A model generated the notes under the pieces. The model made no database searches and was not told where the DNA came from. It saw only the letters and a program-made list of their open reading frames with translations. The position numbers and the translations under genes were made by a program. From the sequence record SRR31156797_195: DNA of 33,730 nucleotides; one strand, given 5' to 3'. Positions 32,567-33,730 of this stretch are shown piece after piece. The first letter of the stretch is position 1. Every line of letters begins with the position of its first letter.

Positions 32567-33730
32567 ATGGCAGTAGAAAAAGTAAAGGTTGCCAAGACTG
32601 AAAAGAAAAAAAAGCTGGCCGATCCGGTCAAGGCCTCCGTTGATGTTGCAACACAGGAGTTGATCGTCCGCTCACATGAACTGGGCGTGGAGACGATTTT
32701 TGACAGGGCCGAAACCATGAAGCCGTGTAACATCGGAATTCAGGGAACATGTTGTAAGAATTGTTCCATGGGCCCATGTCGTCTCCCCCTTCCCAAAGGC
32801 GGAATTGAAGGTGAAGACGAAAGAAAAGGTCTTTGCGGCGCCACGGCCAACACCATTGCGGCCCGTAACTTCATCCGCATGATCGCCGGCGGTGCGGCGG
32901 CCCATTCCGACCACGGCAGATGCGTAGCGGAAGTATTTCTTTCCGCTGCCCGAAAAGATACGGACGCCTACCGGATCAAGGATACGGTTAAACTGATTGC
33001 CGTGGCCGAGAATCTGGGCGTGGCCACCACCGTTGAAGTGGACGGCGAGGAAATGGACCGGGATCTGGACGAAATTGCCGTGGAAGTTGGCGAAGTGGCC
33101 CTCAATGAATGGGGCAAGGCCGACGGGGAGCTCATATATCTTAAAAGAGCGCCGGAGCCTCGCTACGAGATCTGGAAAAAACAGGGCGTACTTCCCAGGA
33201 ACATCGACCGGGAAATCGTGGAAATCATGCACCGCACCCATATGGGCGTGGATCAGGATTACAAAAACCTCATCAAACAGGGTACCCGGGCGGCCCTTGC
33301 GGACGGATGGGGCGGTTCCATGCTGGCTACAGATCTGCAGGACATTCTGTTCGGCACGCCTTTTCCCATTCAGTCCGAAGCCAACCTTGGCATCATGAAG
33401 GAAGATCATGTGAACATTATTGTCCATGGTCACGAACCGGTTCTCTCCGAGCTCATCATTGCCGTGGCCGAAAGCCAGGAAATGATTGATTACGCCAAGG
33501 AAAAAGGCGCCAAAGGCATTCAGCTGGGCGGCATTTGCTGTACGGCCAACGAGATGCTCCAGCGTCACGGCGTGCCCCTGGCAGGGACCTTTCTGCAGCA
33601 GGAACTGGCTATCATAACCGGGGCCTGTGACGCCATGGTGGTGGATATTCAGTGCGTCATGCAGAATCTGGCCAACGTGGCCGCCTGTTTTCACACCAAA
33701 CTGATCACCACCCACCCCATTGCCAAGATG
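32567..33730 (+). CDS. cooS: Anaerobic carbon monoxide dehydrogenase catalytic subunit (partial, runs off the window)
   Basis: Manual translation from ATG 32567 (GAGGAGG SD): ...KPCNIGIQGTCCKNCSMGPCR...GLCGA...AAAHSDHGR...MHRTHMG...IVHGHEP...GICCTANE...VDIQC; the frame appears open to the window end. Confidence 0.96.
   Translation, partial: MAVEKVKVAKTEKKKKLADPVKASVDVATQELIVRSHELGVETIFDRAETMKPCNIGIQGTCCKNCSMGPCRLPLPKGGIEGEDERKGLCGATANTIAARNFIRMIAGGAAAHSDHGRCVAEVFLSAARKDTDAYRIKDTVKLIAVAENLGVATTVEVDGEEMDRDLDEIAVEVGEVALNEWGKADGELIYLKRAPEPRYEIWKKQGVLPRNIDREIVEIMHRTHMGVDQDYKNLIKQGTRAALADGWGGSMLATDLQDILFGTPFPIQSEANLGIMKEDHVNIIVHGHEPVLSELIIAVAESQEMIDYAKEKGAKGIQLGGICCTANEMLQRHGVPLAGTFLQQELAIITGACDAMVVDIQCVMQNLANVAACFHTKLITTHPIAKM

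Noticed and set aside
32672-33715. 347-aa minus-strand ORF and 133-aa plus-strand ORF at 32997
   Set aside because: Shadow or off-frame ORFs of cooS, which the track omitted because it has no stop in the window.

Overview
Core chromosomal, probably origin-proximal, region of an anaerobic bacterium. It is most likely Desulfobacterota (inferred from gene content and protein style). Left to right: ispA (partial)-xseB (-); pal-cpoB (+); CLC channel with four CBS domains (-); small excisionase-type HTH (+); NamZ/DUF1343 (-); gluzincin peptidase, FadH-like OYE and parAB (+); plsY (-); DUF3842-cooT-MBL hydrolase-XRE protein, tkt and ribBA (+); a perfect parS inside a 30-bp palindrome; Fe-ADH (+); ddl, a 56-aa ORF missed by the ORF track, birA, gpsA, gyrA, gyrB, dnaN and dnaA (all -); then the start of a Wood-Ljungdahl cluster, cooC/acsF-acsD-cooS (partial) (+). 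I saw no tRNA, rRNA, CRISPR array or mobile element. The most notable signals are: (1) the DnaA at the canonical dnaA-dnaN-gyrBA locus has lost many normally invariant ATPase and DNA-reading residues, and the adjacent oriC-like spacer carries only degenerate DnaA boxes in an otherwise recognisable box-box-trio layout; (2) AcsD has a ~200-aa low-complexity tail containing an exact EAK16-II sequence; (3) the acsD upstream region is dense with candidate regulatory sites (NrdR-like tandem or inverted repeat, sigma70 promoter, Rex-like box, structured leader). All alignments were done by eye against remembered consensus sequences; no searches were run.
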